Below are positions 62,024 to 64,000 of a DNA stretch of 64,000 bases, piece after piece. Both the position numbers and the translations under genes were made by a program. Position 1 is the stretch's first letter; every line of letters begins with the position of its first letter. The notes under the pieces are model-generated. The model saw nothing but the letters and a program-made list of their open reading frames with translations. It did not search any database and was not told the origin of the DNA. Source of the stretch: Oscillospiraceae bacterium. Its GTDB lineage: Bacteria; Bacillota; Clostridia; Oscillospirales; CAG-382. Location: positions 3,912 through 67,911 of the forward strand of contig JAFLUP010000001.1 of NCBI GenBank assembly GCA_022508745.1, given 5' to 3'.

Positions 62024-63457
62024 TCACACCGGTCCTTTCTCGGTCTTGGGCGCGGGCTCCCGCGCCTTTTGCCGCAAAGGAATGGTCAGTTGCACGGTGG
62101 TTCCCTTGCCGGGCTCGCTGGTGATGGTCATGGCGGCGTCGTGCAGCTTGACGATCTCCTTGCAGAGGGAAAGCCCCAGCCCCGCGCCGCCTTCCTTGCG
62201 GGAACGGGACTTGTCCGCCATCCAGAAGGCTTCCGTTGCGCGGCGGACCTCCTCCTCGCTCATGCCGATGCCCTCGTCCACCACGGCAAGCAGCAGCATA
62301 CCGTCCTGCACCGTGTGGTAGAGCAGAACCTGCTGTCCGTCAGAGGAGGCTTTGGCGGCGTTGTCGATGAGGTTGATGAGCAGCGTTTGGAACAGCTGCC
62401 TGTCCACGGAGAGGGTCACATCCTCCCCGGCGAAGGTTAGACGGATCGCCCGACGTTCCAAAATGGGGGCCATCGCTGCCCGCACTTCCTCCAGCAGCTC
62501 CGTCAGCGCGCAGTCCCGGAAGTCCGGCGCCGTACCGTCCGCGGACGCCAGCGTCAGCAGTTTTGAGGAAAGCGCACGCATCCGTTTGGCTTCCTCCACG
62601 ATCACCCCCGCGTAGTCCCGCCGTTCCGCGTCGGTGACGCTGCGCTTGATGCGCAGCACGTCCGCCATGCAGAGAATGGAGGTCAGCGGCGTTTTCATTT
62701 CGTGCGCCATGCTGTCCGCAAAGCGTTTCCGGCTGTCCGCCGTTTCCTGCAGCAGACGGGTCTGCTCTTCGGTGGCGACCGCCATGGCGTTCACATTTGC
62801 GATCAGAGACCGCAGTTCCTGCCCGCCGCGCTCCGGCAGTTGCAGATCCCGCTCGCCGGAGGACAGCCGCTTCAACGCGCGGTTGACGCGGGAGAGGGGC
62901 AGAAGGAACAGGATGCAAAGCAGGGAAAGCGCCGCCGCGATCAATAGGGAACCCAGCAAAATGGCGCGCAGGGCGCTCATCGCCCGGGAACGATGGTCGG
63001 CGTAAAGGGATGTGACGTCCCGGGCGGACAGGAGCGCGTACCGCTTCCCGCCCCACGTCAGCGAAGAGCCCACCAGCAACAGCGTGCGTCCGTCGTTCGT
63101 TTCCAAACGGGTCAGATAGCCGTCAGAAGCGGCGGCGGAGGCGGCAAAGGCTTGCACGTCCTCATCCGGGAGGGGGAGTTCCCCCGCAACCGCCGTCCCT
63201 TCCTCGTCCCGCAGACCGACGGCGGAAAAACTGCCCGCCTCGGGCAGTCCGTCCTTTATTACCGTGGCGGAAAGGGTGGAGGCGAACAATCCGTGCAGCG
63301 CCACGGCGTTTTCTTCCTCCCGCGTCACGGACGCGGAGAAAGACGCACTTTGCAGCACCAGCGCGGTCACGATGCCGGATAGGAGGCAGAACGCCAGTGC
63401 GCAAAGGAACAACCGCTGCCATAGGTATAACCGTTGCCATCGCTTCTTCGGTCTCAC
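62024..63457 (-). CDS. sensor histidine kinase
   Basis: 477 aa. Two TM helices, H-box SMAHEMKTPLTSI, G-boxes DEGIGM and GGAGLGLSLC. Confidence 0.9.
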   Translation of the reverse strand: MRPKKRWQRLYLWQRLFLCALAFCLLSGIVTALVLQSASFSASVTREEENAVALHGLFASTLSATVIKDGLPEAGSFSAVGLRDEEGTAVAGELPLPDEDVQAFAASAAASDGYLTRLETNDGRTLLLVGSSLTWGGKRYALLSARDVTSLYADHRSRAMSALRAILLGSLLIAAALSLLCILFLLPLSRVNRALKRLSSGERDLQLPERGGQELRSLIANVNAMAVATEEQTRLLQETADSRKRFADSMAHEMKTPLTSILCMADVLRIKRSVTDAERRDYAGVIVEEAKRMRALSSKLLTLASADGTAPDFRDCALTELLEEVRAAMAPILERRAIRLTFAGEDVTLSVDRQLFQTLLINLIDNAAKASSDGQQVLLYHTVQDGMLLLAVVDEGIGMSEEEVRRATEAFWMADKSRSRKEGGAGLGLSLCKEIVKLHDAAMTITSEPGKGTTVQLTIPLRQKAREPAPKTEKGPV

Positions 63458-63493
63458 GTTATCCGGCTCCTTTCGTGAGGATTGGTGGGGAAG

Positions 63494-64000
63494 TTATCGG
63501 GTCTTTTGGCTTTCCAGGCGGTAGCCGAGTTTGGGGATGGTGACAAGCCCGTCCGATAGGTTCAGCTTTTTGCGCAGCTGCCGGATGTGCATATCCACCG
63601 TGCGGCTTTCCCCCATGAAGTTGAAGCCCCAGACATTTTGCAGCAGTTGCTCCCGGGTGACGGCCACGTCCACGTGCTGCATCAGAAAGACCAGCATATC
63701 GAACTCCTTTGGCGTCAATGGGACGGGAACGCCCTTCGCCGTGACCTCGTGTTTTTCCGTGTCCGCCCGCAGGTCGCCGTAGGTCAGCACACCGGACAGC
63801 TTGTGGTACCGCCGCAGGACCACCTCAATGCGGGCGAGCAGCTCCAGCGCCTCAAAGGGCTTGACGATATAGTCCTCCGCCCCCAGACGAAGCCCGGAAA
63901 CCTTGTCCAGCACGTCCTGCCGCGCGGTCAGAAAGATGACCGGCGTGTCGCAGCCCTGCAGCTTTTCCATCAGCGTAAAGCCGTCCTCCCCCGGCAGCAT
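63494..64000 (-). CDS. OmpR/PhoB-type response regulator, partial (N-terminus outside window)
   Basis: 168 aa visible: the end of the receiver domain (LTAR..D) plus a winged helix (LTPKEFDMLVFLM...RTVDMHIRQLRKKL...GYRL). Confidence 0.92.
   Translation of the reverse strand: MLPGEDGFTLMEKLQGCDTPVIFLTARQDVLDKVSGLRLGAEDYIVKPFEALELLARIEVVLRRYHKLSGVLTYGDLRADTEKHEVTAKGVPVPLTPKEFDMLVFLMQHVDVAVTREQLLQNVWGFNFMGESRTVDMHIRQLRKKLNLSDGLVTIPKLGYRLESQKTR

Noticed and set aside
1-64000. Scan for rRNA, tRNA, tmRNA, CRISPR repeats, transposase/integrase genes, toxin-antitoxin pairs and known defence-system hallmarks
   Set aside because: I recognised none by eye. There is no GGTTCGAATCC-type T-arm and no regularly spaced repeats. 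No DDE, serine-recombinase or tyrosine-recombinase motifs appear in any supported ORF. A tRNAscan, Infernal or defence-finder run would be needed to be certain.

Overview
High-GC (roughly 60% or more, by eye) chromosomal segment. Gene content and synteny fit a spore-forming, cellulosome-associated member of the Clostridia (Firmicutes); that assignment is an inference. I resolve 58 protein-coding genes, and almost all are ordinary housekeeping. They include pcrA, valS, hom, gpsA, spoIIID, hisS-aspS, a GldA/F/G-like ABC cluster, rplS-lepB-rbgA-rnhB-yraN-thrC, nifS-thiI, rny-ymdB and yajC. There is also a cell-envelope cluster behind an OmpR-type two-component system. I saw no rRNA, tRNA, CRISPR array, transposase, integrase or recognisable multi-gene defence system. 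I found no convincing novel protein-based system in this window. Many very long ORFs in the track are stop-free antisense frames of real genes, as expected in high-GC DNA, and are not called (for example the first half of 2543..7435, 8696..11233, 13668..16175 and 36444..38660). The signals most worth a second look are non-coding. (1) A ~110-nt multi-hairpin element occurs twice, at 31193-31301 before aspS and at 42965-43070 before rnhB. The two copies share architecture, spacing to the start codon and compensatory stem changes. (2) A hairpin of about 24 Watson-Crick bp plus a T6 run directly abuts the start codon of a trans-sulfuration gene and buries its Shine-Dalgarno sequence. (3) The rny-ymdB spacer contains mutually exclusive helices that include a terminator. 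(4) A 1.3-kb low-GC insertion carries an orphan HTH-TPR regulator and is bracketed by an exact 12-nt direct repeat. Protein-level oddities include an MGS-fold protein that lacks the catalytic motifs, a signal peptidase with a repeat-encoded acidic N-terminal extension, and a nucleotidyltransferase fused to a degenerate PGM-like domain. Start codons were re-picked by eye from RBS, promoter and homolog N-terminus logic. All family assignments rest on motif recognition, not on database searches.
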